Assembly: GCF_023055435.1 (NCBI RefSeq)
Contig: NW_025964372.1
Coordinates: 51,646,001 to 51,710,000, forward strand
Direction: 5' to 3'
Length of the DNA stretch: 64,000 bases
DNA from: Haliotis rufescens
Taxonomy: Eukaryota
Below, in pieces: positions 1 through 13,065 of this stretch. How positions within the stretch are numbered: position 1 is the first letter of the stretch; each line of letters opens with the position of its first letter. The position numbers and the translations under genes are program-made. The notes under the pieces are model-generated. The model was not told where the DNA came from and ran no database searches. It was given only the letters and a program-made list of their open reading frames with translations.

Positions 1-796
1 TGACAACCTAAACCATCAACCAGCTCATCTTCCAAACTAAGGTTCTGAAGCGGTTCTCTTCCACACCAAGGTTTTAAATTAGGTCACTTCTAAATCTGCT
101 TTGAGGTTTTACATTTCAACTGTAATACCCAGGTTTACAATTAATGATTTATAAACTTGCCTCTTGATGTGAACTTAATTGTGTTTGATGATTGGTTGAA
201 AGTCACAATGTAATTAACATGAAAATTCCATGATGTGAATCGAACCTGCAACCTCACATATGGTGTTCAGTGATGTTACCCACTGTTTTCCCACTGAGGC
301 ACCGGGGCGGGTGATGAGAAGTCGTAGTTGTTCAATTTTACATGTCATGACTCCAGCTGGTCCATGCTGCACATGTTTTTTCTCTCGCACGGCTTTGATC
401 GAAAACGTTTTATAAGACAATACACTGTATTGTTTCACTATAAGGCATATCAATGTTTTCTTATTTCTTGCATTTAGATGGATCATAAGTTCTTGGGCTT
501 TTCGCTCGCGGTTTTACATTTTCAAACAAAACCGAGGGGGCATGTTTTATCCTATACATAATGTCAGAAAATTACAAGCATGGGTAAATGTCTGATAGAG
601 GAAATACAGTAACTCTATTGTGACCTGTTGCCTTAACTGAGTTGTAAATTGCAAAGGTCAGCGACAGTGAAGGGATGCTGTCATCATTAATTGGTCTGTT
701 CCATCACCACCTCGTATGGCTGTAGGAGCAGAAAGGCATACACCATGTTACATAGAACTATTGTTCTATTACACTCCAGCTGTGTTGCTTGTAAAG

Positions 797-961
797 TGAG
801 TGAGTGTGTATGATTTGACGCCACTTTTAGCAATATTCCAGCAATTTTACGGCGGGGGACACCAGAAATGGGCTTCACACATTGTACCCATGTCGGGAAT
901 CGAACCCGGGTCTTCGGCGTGACGAGCGAACGCTTTAACCACTAGGCTACCTGACCGCCCC
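797..961 (-). mobile_element. SINE family A (tRNA-Asp-like head, (ACTC)n tail)
   Basis: A box TAGCCTAGTGG, B box GGTTCGATTCC, GTC anticodon-like loop; approximate TSD gcttgtaaag. Confidence 0.9.
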
Positions 962-1055
962 TTGTGGCTTGTAAAGAATTGTGTCTCTACCTGACAAATC
1001 GGGTGATGAATGAACCAAGCCATCAAGCGTAACCATCTCACCCAATAATTCACCC

Positions 1056-1307
1056 TGTTTGTTCGTTGTTTAACGCCGCACCCAGAAATATTCACGCTAT
1101 ATGATGGCGGACTGTAAGTAATCGAGTCTGGACCAGACAATCCATTGATTGATATCATGAGCGTCGATCCACGTAATTGGGATCGATGACATGCATCAAC
1201 CAAGAAAGCGAGTCTGACCACCGAATACCGTTAGTAGCCTCTTACGACAAGCATAGTCGCCTCTTGCGACAAGTATAATCGACTTTTACGGCAAGCTTGG
1301 GTTGCTA
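1056..1307 (-). mobile_element. short retroposon family B (no tRNA head, (CAAA)n/(CCAA)n tail)
   Basis: Matches the family consensus; carries three copies of the 22-nt hairpin unit. Confidence 0.9.
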
Positions 1308-1351
1308 AAGAAGTGAAAGTGTATTTGGAAAGATGAACGTAAACTGCTTAC

Positions 1352-1428
1352 CCTGGGTGTGGTGGCGTGAGTCGGCGGCCCAGCAGACGTTAACTGCGAC
1401 ATGTGCAGACTGCCACTCTTCTGATCGT
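1352..1428 (-). CDS. WDR47: probable WDR47 exon (DDQKSGSLHMSQLTSAGPPTHATTPR); gene continues beyond the window start
   Basis: tttgtattgcag|AC acceptor, AGG|GTAAGC donor, phase 1 to 0, GC-rich island. Confidence 0.65.
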
Positions 1429-1944
1429 CTGCAATACAAACGTGGCTGCCATGACACCCCAGTTCCTCAGGGGTTCATACAACACGATCACAACATTTAA
1501 AAATTTAACAGAAATAATTTACCACACAGAAATAACTACCAAAACGTAAAATCAAAAGTAAGGAGGGTCATCCCAAAATGAAGAATTTACATGAAATGAA
1601 AGGAATTGAAGGAATCACAACAATTTAAATGTCTAATTATAAGTTATGGTTCAAACATTCATACTCACTACTTATTGGAAAGGAGAACTACATCAATGAG
1701 CATGATAAAATAAGTCAGTGAGCAATCAGAAGTGGGTCAATGAGCATACAAATAGTCCATCTTTATTCAAGCATATGCACCTATACTGAACAAAAAAGGT
1801 TAGGGTCATGACTATTTGGGGGGATATTTTGTGAAGACAATTTCATAAAAATATCCCATAAAATCAATATGATCCCAAAGTTTTTTGGTTCACTATAGAT
1901 ATATAATTGGAACAGCAGTATTGACTGGTGAGACTGACAGATGC

Positions 1945-3184
1945 AAGTGACAGGGCAAGTGACAGGGTGAGTGACAGGGTGAGTGACAGGGTGAGTGACA
2001 GGGCAAGTGACAGGGCAAGTGACAGGGCAGGGGCCAGGGCAAGTGACAGGGCAAGGGACAGGGCAAGTGACAAGGCAAGGGACAGGGCAAGTGACAGGGT
2101 GAGTGACAGGGCAAGTGACAGGGCAAGTGACAGGGCAAGGGACAGGGCAAGTGACAGGGCAAGTGACAGGGCGAGTGACAGGGCAAGGGCCAGGGCAAGG
2201 GCCAGGGCAAGTGACAGGGCAAGTGACAGGGTGAGTGACAGGGCAAGTGACAGGGCAAGCGACAGGGCAAGGGACAGGGCAAGGGACAGGGCGAGTGACA
2301 GGGCAAGGGCCAGGGCAAGTGACAGGGCGAGTGACAGGGCGAGTGACAGGGCAAGGGACAGGGCAAGGGACAGGGCAAGCGACAGGGCAAGCGACAGGGC
2401 AAGGGACAGAGCAAGGCACAGGGCGAGCGACAGGGCAAGCGACAGGGCAAGCGACAGGGCAAGGGACAGAGCAAGGCACAGGGCGAGCGACAGGGCAAGG
2501 GCCAGGGCGAGTGACAGGGCAAGGGACAGGGCAAGTGACAGGGTGAGTGACAGGGCGAGTGACAGGGCAAGGGCCAGGGCAAGTGACAGGGCGAGTGACA
2601 GGGCAAGTGACAGGGCAAGGGACAGGGCAAGCGACAGGGCAAGCGACAGGGCAAGGGACAGAGCAAGGCACAGGGCGAGCAACAGGGCAAGCGACAGGGC
2701 AAGCGACAGGGCAAGCGACAGGGCAAGGGACAGAGCAAGGCACAGGGCGAGCGACAGGGCAAGGGCCAGGGCGAGTGACAGGGTGAGTGACAGGGCGAGT
2801 GACAGGGCAAGGGCCAGGGCAAGTGACAGGGCAAGGGACAGAGCAAGTGACAGGGCAAGCGACAGGGCAAGCGACAGGGCAAGGGACAGAGCAAGGCACA
2901 GGGCGAGCGACAGGGCAAGCGACAGGGCAAGCGACAGGGCAAGGGACAGGGCGAGTGACAGGGCAAGGGACAGGGCAAGGGACAGGGCAAGCGACAGGGC
3001 AAGCGACAGGGTTAGGGACAGGGCAAGCAACAGGGCAAGCAACAGGGCAAGTGACAGGGCAAGCGACAGGGCGAGTGACAGGGCAAGGGACAGAGCAAGG
3101 CACAGGGCGAGTGACAGGGCGAGTGACAGGGCAAGGGACAGGGTAAGCGACAGGGCAAGGGACAGGGTAAGCGACAGGGCAAGG
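1945..3184. repeat. 12-bp G-rich minisatellite GACAGGGCAAG(T/C/G), about 100 units with higher-order blocks
   Basis: Direct periodicity; produces spurious ORFs in several frames. Confidence 0.97.
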
Positions 3185-3644
3185 TGCATGAGCTGAAACA
3201 GTGAAAGGTAACATAATGTAAGAGCATGATGGTCACACACAGACATAATCAGGCAAATCAGGGATTCAAACTCATAATCAGCAAATCCTGCCACCGAAGG
3301 GACACAACTCTGCAAGCCGTTGTGGCACCTGTGACCACTGGGCCATCTGCGTCCCCACTATGAACTGAAATATGTGATGGTGAGATACCTGTAGTGTGTC
3401 CTACACCCACAGCTTGTCAGATAGGAATAATCGCCCTGTGATTCCCAAGTCCACAAGACTTTGCTACCAATGTCCACAAGAGCCCAGATGACCATGCACA
3501 CCAAGCCATCACAAGCATGAAAAAAGAGTGTCACAGAGATAGGACCAAAAGAACATGTAAGAGAACTTGCAAGTATTGAGTACAAAAGGGCCCATTCAGT
3601 TTAAGCTCAAGAGCCCTGCATGCACACATGCTCAAGAGAAAAGA

Positions 3645-4010
3645 GCATAGAGCAGGCACTGCAAGACACTATCATGAGTCTGGAGAAGAAAGCATAGAGC
3701 AGGCACTGCAAGACACTGTCAAGAGTCTGGAGAAGAAAGCATAGAGCAGGCACTGCAAGACACTGTCAAGAGTCTGGAGAACACAGGGCAGGCACTGCAT
3801 GACACTGTCATGAGTCAAGAGAAATATGGCAGGCACAGCATGACAGTGTCAAGAGTCTGGAGAACATAGGGCAGGCACTGCATGACACTGTCATGAGTCA
3901 AGAGACATATGGCAGGCACAGCATGACACTATCATGAGTCAAGAGAACATAGGACAGGCACAGCATGACACTGTCATGAGTCAAGAGAACATAGGGCAGG
4001 CACTGCATGA
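3645..4010. repeat. ~41-43 bp degenerate tandem repeat (ggcaggcactgcatgacactgtcatgagtc...)
   Basis: About 9 imperfect copies. Confidence 0.85.
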
Positions 4011-4499
4011 AAGTATCATAATATCATCAACAACTTGCAGAAAGCAAGGAATCAAATAATTTTCAATGTCCTTGCCAAAAAATAAGCAATTCACTGAGAA
4101 AATCTGTTATCATCAGTTACCATGAAAACCTGGTAAATGCATATGTAGCAGTCACAGCATGTCAGTTCTTGTCATATTTGTTACAAATCATCTAATCATG
4201 TATCTCATATCATGTAATACGTATCATGTATCACATATCACATATTACAAGTCTTGCTATTCTCATCATGCTCATGTCGTGAGTATTGTGTTATAGTATA
4301 ATGTTATACTATTGTGATATCATGTTATGCTAGTGTTGTCACATTAGCGTTGTTGTCCATGGAAGTGTTGTGGCATATATGTGTCACAAATTGGTATTAA
4401 GACAGACATGACAGTGTCATGTTAAATTAATGTCATGTTTAGTACCATGTCATGTTAGTCCGATGTTAAGCAAATGTGTCACATTAGTATCATGTCCTG

Positions 4500-7400
4500 T
4501 TAGCATGTCAATCTAGTGGCATGTCCTGTCAGTATGTCATGCATGTGTCATGTCAATCTAGTGACATGTCTGGTCAGTATGTCATGCATGTGTCATGTCA
4601 ATCTAGTGGCATGTCCTGTCAGTATGTCATGAATGTGTCATGTCAATCTAAGTGACATGTCTGGTCAGTATGTCATGCATGTGTCATGTCCTGTCAGTAT
4701 GTCATGAATGTGTCATGTCAATCTAAGTGACATGTCTGGTCAGTATGTCATGCATGTGTCATGTCAATCTAGTGGCATGTCCTGTCAGTATGTCATGATG
4801 TGTCATGTCAATCTAAGTGACATGTCTGGTCAGTATGTCATGCATGTGTCATGTCAATCTAGTGGCATATGCTGTCAGTATGTTATGCATGTGTAATGTC
4901 AATCTAGTGGCATGTCCTGTTATTATGTTATGCATGTGCCATGTCAATCTCATGGCATTTGCTGTCAGTATGTCATGCATGTGACATGTCAATCGAGTGG
5001 CATGTCTGTTCAGTATGTCATGCATGTGTCATGTCAATCTAGTGGCATGTCCTGTCAGTATGTCATGCATGTGACATGTCAATCTAGTGGCATGTCCTGT
5101 TAGTATGTTATGCATGTGTCATGTCAATCTAATGGCATGTCTGGTCAGTATGTCATGCATGTGCCATGTCAATCTAGTGGCATGTCTGGTCAGTATGTCA
5201 TGCATGTGCCATGTCAATCTAGTGGCATGTCTGGTCAGTATGTCATGCATGTGCCATGTCAATCTAGTGGCATGTCTGGTCAGCATGTTATGCATGTGCC
5301 ATGTCAATCTAGTGGCATGTCCTGTCAGTATGTCATGCATGTGCCATGTCAATCTAGTGGCATGTCCTGTTAGTATATCATGCATGTGCCATGTCAATCT
5401 AGTGGCATGTCTGGTCAGTATGTCATGCATGTGTAGTGTCAATCTAGTGGCATGTCCTGTTAGTATGTCATGCATGTGCCATGTCAATCTAGTGGCATGT
5501 CCGGTCAGTATGTCATGCATGTGGCATGTCAATCTAATGGCATGTCCTGTTAGTATGTCATGCATGTGCCATGTCAATCTAGTGGCATGTCTGGTCAGCA
5601 TGTTATGCATGTGTAGTGTCAATCTAGTGGCATGTCTGGTCAGTATGTCATGCATGTGCCATGTCAATCTAGTGGCATGTCCTGTCAGTATGTTATGCAT
5701 ATGTCATGTCAATCTAGTGGCATGTCTGGTCAGTATGTCATGCATGTGCCATGTCAATCTAGTGGCATGTCTGGTCAGTGTGTCATGCATGTGACATGTC
5801 AATCTAGTGGCATGTCTGGTCAGTATGTAATGCATGTGTAGTGTCAATCTAGTGGCATGTCCTGTTAGTATGTCATGCATGTGCCATGTCAATCTAGTGG
5901 CATGTCCTGATAGTATGTCATGCATGTGTCATGTCAATCTAGTGGCATGTCTGGTCAGTATGTCATGCATGTGCCATGTCAATCTAGTGGCATGTCCTGC
6001 CAGGAGGTCATGAATGTGTCATGTCAATCTAGTGGCATGTCCGGTCAGTATGTCATGCATGTGTCATGTCAATCTAGTGGCATGTCTGGTCAGTATGTCA
6101 TGCATGTGCCATGTCAATCGAGTGGCATGTCTAGTCAGCATGTTATGCATGTGTAGTGTCAATCTAGTGGCATGTCCTGTTAGTATATCATGCATGTGCC
6201 ATGTCAATCTAGTGGCATGTCTTGTCAGTATGTCATGCATGTGCCATGTCAATCTAGTGGCATGTCCTGTCAGTATGTTATGCAAATGTCATGTCAATCT
6301 AGTGGCATGTCTGGTCAGTATGTCATGCATGTGCCATGTCAATCTAGTGGCATGTCCGGTCAGTATGTCATGCATGTGCCATGTCAATCTAGTGGCATGT
6401 CTGGTCAGCATGTGATGCATGTGCCATGTCAATCTAGTGGCATGTCCTGTCAGTATATCATGCATGTGCCATGTCAATCTAGTGGCATGTCTGGTCAGCA
6501 TGTCATGCATGTGTAGTGTCAATCTAGTGGCATGTCCTGTCAGTATGTCATGCATGTGTCATGTCAATCGAGTGTCATGTCTGGTCAGTTTGTCATGCAT
6601 GTGCCATGTCAATCTAGTGGCATGTCTGGTCAGTATGTCATGCATGTGACATGTCAATCGAGTGGCATGTCCTGATAGTATGTCATGCATGTGTCATGTC
6701 AATCTAGTGGCATGTCCTGTTAGTATGTCATGCATGTGTCATGTCAATCTAGTGGCATGTCCTGTTAGTATGTCATGCATGTGCCATGTCAATCTAGTGT
6801 CATGTCCTGCCAGGAGGTCATGCATGTGCCATGTCAATCTAGTGGCATGTCCTGATAGTATGTCATGCATGTGTCATGTCAATCTAGTGGCATGTCTGGT
6901 CAGTATGTCATGCATGTGCCATGTCAATCTAGTGGCATGTCCTGATAGTATGTCATGCATGTGTCATGTCAATCTAGTGGCATGTCCTGTCAGTATGTCA
7001 TGCATGTGTCATGTCAATCTAGTGGCATGTCTGGTCAGTATGTCATGCATGTGCCATGTCAATCTAGTGGCATGTCCTGATAGTATGTTATGCATGTGTC
7101 ATGTCAATCTAGTGGCATGTCCGGTCAGTATGTCATGCATGTGTCATGTCAATCTAGTGGCATGTCCTGTTAGTATGTCATGCATGTGTCATGTCAATCT
7201 AGTGGCATGTCTGGGCAGTATGTCATGCATGTGTCATGTCAATCTAGAGGCATGTCTTGTCATTATGTCATGCATGTGTCATGTCAATCGAGTGTCATGT
7301 CTGGTCAGTTTGTCATGCATGTGCAATGTCAATCTAGTGGCATGTCTGGTCAGTATGTCATGCATGTGTCATGTCAATCTAGTGGCATGTCCTGCCAGGA

Positions 7401-7730
7401 GGTCATGCATGTGCCATGTCAATCTAGTGGCATGTCCTGTCAGTATGTCATGCATGTGTCATGTCAATCTAGTGGCATGTCTGGCCAGTATGTCATGCAT
7501 GTGTCATGTCAATCTAGTGGCATGTCCTGTCAGTATGTCATGCATGTGCCATGTCAATCTAGTGGCATGTCTGGTCAGTATGTCATGCATGTGTCATGTC
7601 AATCTAGTGGCAGTCCGATCAGCATATTATGCATGTGTCATGTCAATCTAGTGGCATGTCTGGTCAGTATGTCATGCATGTGTAGTGTCAATCTAGTGGC
7701 ATGTCTGGTCATCATGTCATGCATGTGCCC
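4500..7730. repeat. 45-bp satellite (atgtcaatctagtggcatgtctggtcagtatgtcatgcatgtgcc), about 70 copies
   Basis: Strict 45-bp period with variant units. Confidence 0.97.
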
Positions 7731-7937
7731 TGTCATGCTTGGGGTATTTCTTCCTCTTCAAGTTAACGTGGTAACACTTGCATGCTGTGTTAGTGTCATG
7801 GTAACCATGGCAATAATGGTAACATTATGAAGTGTGTCATGAGAGTGTCATGTCACATGACCTTCAGTGTTAGGATCACAGCAACCAACTCAAGCAGGAC
7901 AGCACACCTCTATATGTACATGATAGGGTGATTATAC

Positions 7938-8015
7938 CTTTAACCACTGGGGCAGGCTTGGTGGTTTTGGACTGGGCACCTGTCTTAGTGGCAGTGACCT
8001 TGGCCTTGTTACGAG
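7938..8015 (-). CDS. WDR47: probable WDR47 78-nt symmetric exon (ARNKAKVTATKTGAQSKTTKPAPVVK)
   Basis: cctgttcaccag|CT acceptor, AAAG|GTATAA donor, phase 1-1, open frame. Confidence 0.65.
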
Positions 8016-8842
8016 CTGGTGAACAGGTAGTGGAGGTCAAACACAGAAACATCAAAGAGATGAAAGAAATGCTGACACAGACAAAAAGTGATAAAAAATG
8101 TACAACATTTGGAAGATCCTGCAGTTTTGAGGTTTACACTCAAAGTTTGCGAATCTAGGAGCCCTGACGGTTGAACTTCTGACATTAGTGTTGTGACAGG
8201 TATCCCTTGATGTCAATGGTTTAATTCAAACCCTGAATATATCTTCACAATTCGTACACAACATTAAGACAAAGGAATTCAAAATTACCAGAATCAAGTT
8301 GAATGGCTATTTTCATTGTTATAATGTTAATTATGATAGTTCATTATCTTCTCACACATGTAACATAACAATGAAACTATTTGGTATTTCATTTCATTTC
8401 AAAAAGAAACTTGTTTCTTGAGATGCTTATCAGTGGTGATATAGGATATTGCAAACAGAAATAAGAATATCTATAATGGCAAATTAGATATTTACAAAAT
8501 ATCACGACTGCTGTGTAGAATCTTCTCAATTTCTTTCCCTCTGCAGGGTTTAAACTACAGACAGATCTATTACAACATGTGGTGCCACCTGTAACACCCA
8601 CTTCAGAGCTCACAGTCATAAAACTAGTTGTTGAGAAACAAGTACATCTATATGTAGCCAGTTGTATGAGAATAGTACCAAGTGTATGAGAGAACACTTT
8701 GCATCCCACCTGTCAGTGTGAGGGTTTATGACAGCAAGAGGCAGTTAGTTGTGTACTTGATGCAGGCAGTAAGAACTGAAGACTGCCTGCTAGACCAGCT
8801 GCTAGACTTCAAACACAACTTCACAAATGCAGGCAGCATATC

Positions 8843-9130
8843 CTGACCAATCAGGAAGCTGGGAACAACACCAACAAATCAGACATAGGCAGGCCATAAA
8901 GGAAATCAAACTGACCAATCAGGGACAAGCAGGTAATAATGGAAATCAAACTGACCAATGAGGGTAAAGCAGGTATTAAAGGAAATATCAAACTGACCAA
9001 TCAGACTAAAGCAGGTATTAATGGGAATCAAACTAACCAATCAGGGTAAAGCAGCTAATAAGAAATATCAAACTGACCAATCAGGGTAAAGCAGGTATTG
9101 GAAATGAAACAGGTCAATCAGGGATAAGTA
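8843..9130. repeat. ~35-bp CCAAT-containing tandem repeat (ggaaatcaaactgaccaatcagggtaaagcagg)
   Basis: About 7 imperfect copies; a further copy at 9327-9555 is split by a MITE. Confidence 0.8.
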
Positions 9131-9361
9131 AGTAATAAATAAAGGTGACAGAACCATTTCCATAACTGCAAGAAGTTTCAGCTAAAAGCAGATTCCATTG
9201 CACAATTCAATTCAGACTATATCATAAGCATGTGTTTATGAATCACTATAAAATGGTGATGACACCAGGTGTTTGTGAAAAGGTGAGTGTATCCTGCCCC
9301 ACCGATGGCACCCATCACCATCTTATGGAAATCAAACTGACCAATAAGGGAAAAGCAGGTA

Positions 9362-9535
9362 CAGTAAACTACGGTTATAATGAACACATTTATAACGAAC
9401 TGACCGATAAGACGAACTTATTTTTTAGTTCCGGTCATTTGTTGTATATATGCTGTATATATGCTTATAACGAACTACGTTATAACGAACCAAATTTAGT
9501 GGTCCCTTTGAGTTGGTTATAACCGTAGTTTACTG
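9362..9535. mobile_element. Tc1/mariner-type MITE
   Basis: TIR cagtaaactacggttataa / ttataaccgtagtttactg, TA TSD. Confidence 0.9.
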
Positions 9536-10687
9536 TATTAATGGGGATCAAACTCAAAAATCACAAATTGAGGAAAAGAAAAACTCATTCAAGCTGAATA
9601 CTTCAGGTAAAAATAGAAAATATACTACATTAAGTACACAGAAAGCGAAAGAAGGTATGGCAGGCACATTTCTGATGGGAAAGTGAGGAAGGATTGGAGA
9701 AACTGTGTGATGAATCTGCTTGAAGATAGCGACATGTAGGTCAGTGATGGGACACCACGGCAGACTGAACTTTGTGAGAGAATTGGATAAGGGATCTGAT
9801 GATGTTTGCACATGAAACCAATGAAGCTACAACAGCTGTTACGTAACATGAGTCTGGCCTGTGGGAGATACGAAACATACAAGAGCTTGGTGATGTGATC
9901 CTGCTTAAACATGAGTGTGGCTTACAGGAGATATGAAATATATATACTAGAGGTAGGTGAAGTGATCCTGCTTAAATATGAGTCCGGGCTATGGGAGATA
10001 CTATAGGAGATACGAAACATAAGCCTAATTTGGTTCATCTAAAGTAACTTACAAATAGCAAAGGGAAATAGCCAAACATGCAGACATAAATCAACAGACA
10101 AAATAATTTCACAGATCAAGAATTGCATTCTTTACATTCTTTCTTTTTTACAAGAAACATCTACAGGCAAAATTCTGCAAAACTCCAAAAAGTTGTTGCC
10201 GTCAGTTTTCTTCCCAATTTTTAAATTTATTCAGTCTCTATTCGTCATGATCATCTGTATGTGAAAACCTTAAACAGGAAGAATATTAATAATAAAAAAG
10301 ACGTCTTCAGGTTTCCAAATGAACCCCAAGACGGTCATGTGAACAACGGACAGGCTGATCACCATGGTCACCCGAACAATGACACACATTGAGTCAAGTA
10401 TGATAAAACCAATCCAGAATGTTGGTTATTTCAAAAAGAAGTCTGGATTCAGAAGAGAGGCCTCTTGAAGAAACCACAAAAGGACCCAAAGAACAGCACA
10501 AGTGTAAACTTCTGCCAATATTGTACCTTGGATCTGACAGACAGTTATTAGAACAACACATTGAATACCATGCTTTAGTAAACAGCAATGAACCACAGCG
10601 GACACACGTTTCTCTTGCGAAACTTGAAAGTTAGTTGGGTCAGCTGACCCTGTCTTCTCATGCGGACAGACACGGAGCATTCTATAC

Positions 10688-11368
10688 CTGGTAGCGGCAA
10701 CGTCTTTGACCTTGACCCGTCTGGCACACTCAGACTCCGTGCGTATCCCTTCGTCGGAGTCGTAGCAGGTTTCGGACTTTTAATATTTCTCTTTGTCATT
10801 GCAGGAGATCCGTTAAACACCGGGGTCTTTGCCCCTATTCGGGAACTGTCATCACGTGACTTGGGACCCGATTCAGCAGCATGGACACTACTGCGTCCAT
10901 ATGAACGTGGCAGAGTGGAGTATTTCTCATGAGGAATACGAGAAGAATCGGGTGGTATACGTTTTTTCTCGGCCAGTTGCCTCCGTCTGACCGAGGGAGA
11001 TGGAGCCGGGGAAGGGGAGGGGGAAGTGGGCGTGTTCCCAGCACTGCGACACTTGTCAAATAACGGGAACGGTTCCAAGAACAGGCACGGTCTGGGAACA
11101 TTGTCTAGTGGATCTGGAGAGGGGAGATCAGTGTTGATGAAAAATTTACCTGTTTGTTGAGAGGGGGACTGTGAAATACTGGTGTGCGGTGTGAGATTCA
11201 GCCCCTGGGGGGGTCCTGGGGGCACCTGCAAGGCAGCCTGTGGGGCAGCCTGTGGGGTGGCTTGAGAGGGGTGGGGATGAGCATTATCCTGAGATGTGAT
11301 GGGTGATGTTTGAGGCACTATGGGGGATGATGTGGTAGGCAAGACTTTAGGCGTGCTCGTTTTCAATC
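10688..11368 (-). CDS. WDR47: WDR47 coding exon, Pro/Ser/Thr-rich disordered linker (3' boundary uncertain: 10688 or 10649)
   Basis: Pyrimidine-rich acceptor cacgcag|GA in phase 1 and an open frame. Both candidate GT donors are phase 1 and fit the next exon. Confidence 0.7.
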
Positions 11369-12011
11369 CTGCGTGAAGCAAAAACAAAATTAACACAACA
11401 CCAGCCACAACTGACAACTGCAAAATAAAGAGACTTAATAAATATACGCTGACAACAACATAATATATATACTTGTACACAACAACATCTTATACCAATG
11501 GTTTTTGAACAGAGTAAATTCGCAGTTTATTTTTGGATATGATCCACACTGGTACATACATCCTACATGGATGAAGTTAAAGAACTCCTGATTCTTGTAT
11601 ATTACTAATATGAAAGAATTGGGGGTTCCTTGACTTTGGATGAGCAGTACATACATAATATAACGTCATGAAATAAGTTTACAGCAACATTACAGTCATT
11701 AAATCAACCTGAGCTACTATATTATCTTACTAGCAGACAGCCTCTGTACATATCATCAGACACAGACATGCTTTCACCATTGTTCATGAACAAACTGCCT
11801 CATGAATAGAATATCAAATGTTCTATACGGTACACATTCACAGGCTCGCTGATCTATCACTCAGGGGGACCCTTAATAGAAAAAAAATCTGAAAAAATAT
11901 GTCAAGTTCATGCCAAGTTGTATGAAGATTTAAACATAATAAAAATAACATGGATAGCTACTAAGGCCTTAGAAAGACCTTGTATACACCAAGGCCTGTA
12001 TGTATTATACT

Positions 12012-12279
12012 CCAGGGCCCTGTTTCCTAAAGCCATCATACTGTTACGACTGTCGTAAGTCCATGTTAAACTATAGGAGTTACGATAGCCGTAGCGTTAC
12101 GATAGCCGTAGTGTTACGATCACTTTGTGAAACTGGGCCCTGGACATGTATGTATGTATGTATACATTAGGTCCCACTTGCACAAAGCGATCTTAGTACT
12201 AAGATGATCATAACTCCTATACTTTAACATAGGCTACGATAATCTCAGTGCTAAGATGGCTTTGTGCAAGTGGGCCCAG
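12012..12279. mobile_element. two adjacent related hairpin MITEs (12012-12143 and 12170-12279), PIF/Harbinger-like GGGCCC ends
   Basis: Each has terminal inverted repeats and their cores match in inverted orientation. A degenerate third copy lies at about 37697-37794. Confidence 0.7.
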
Positions 12280-13065
12280 GGTAATCAGCTCCTGATGAAG
12301 CACTTCAGCTACACACGGTTTAAAACGAGCTCCAAGGGTTCTTGAGGTTCGCTCCCCCTAAATCATTAACTCTTAACATCAGTGTTACAGGGTTTGATAT
12401 TCCTTGCATGAAAGTGCCAATGGCATGGTTAAAATCATAACCATGATAACAGCACTGTCAAAAATAAGTTCCCCATGTTCCCTGATCCTTCTGTTTCCTT
12501 CAAGTTTCTTGTGAAGATTTACATGATGTAAAGCCAGTGAACTGGACAGACACAGGGAATACTAGGAATATGCTAACACACTCAATTGATAATTTTTTTC
12601 TTTGAAAAAACTACATTTCTAACACTGTGGTAGGACCTTTTGACCTTTCTGCTTAATTCCACACTGACATGGCAATCAGCTATCAATGGAACTCTTTAAT
12701 TACAGCTATTAAGGCATCAGCTTGTTGTCACATTTACACATGTGGCCATCGGCTATCAATGACACTCTTCTATTACAGATCCTACACATAGATCGGCCTT
12801 GAGAGGCCATCAAAGCACTGTGGACGGGGACCTCGATGGGTCATACTGACATGCACAAACAACAGTGTCTAAATTAGTGTCAAAATATTACTGTAAAAGT
12901 TTAACATAAAAACAATGATGACATAGTGCTGAGTACAAACATTACTTCTTATGAAAGTCTTGGTCCAACTAGGTTTAGGCAGCATTGTTTTTAATGCTAA
13001 TACTCAAATACTACTAGCTTTCAGTGACAGCCCTTTTAACATGGAAATATCTAGAAATAATAATA

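Noticed and set aside
214-486. Further WDR47 exon around 278-366
   Set aside because: GC-rich patch with a possible donor, but no convincing pyrimidine-rich acceptor; cannot be supported.
1781-3315. Long ORFs in several frames (poly-LALS, CPV, RASD)
   Set aside because: Products of a 12-bp minisatellite that lacks stops; no splice or codon evidence.
4708-7830. Cys/Met/His-rich repetitive ORFs
   Set aside because: Translations of the 45-bp satellite with scattered stops and frameshifts.
9796-9830. CTGATGA...GAAAC hammerhead-like motif
   Set aside because: Stem II is only 3 bp with a mismatched closing pair, and stems I and III are absent.
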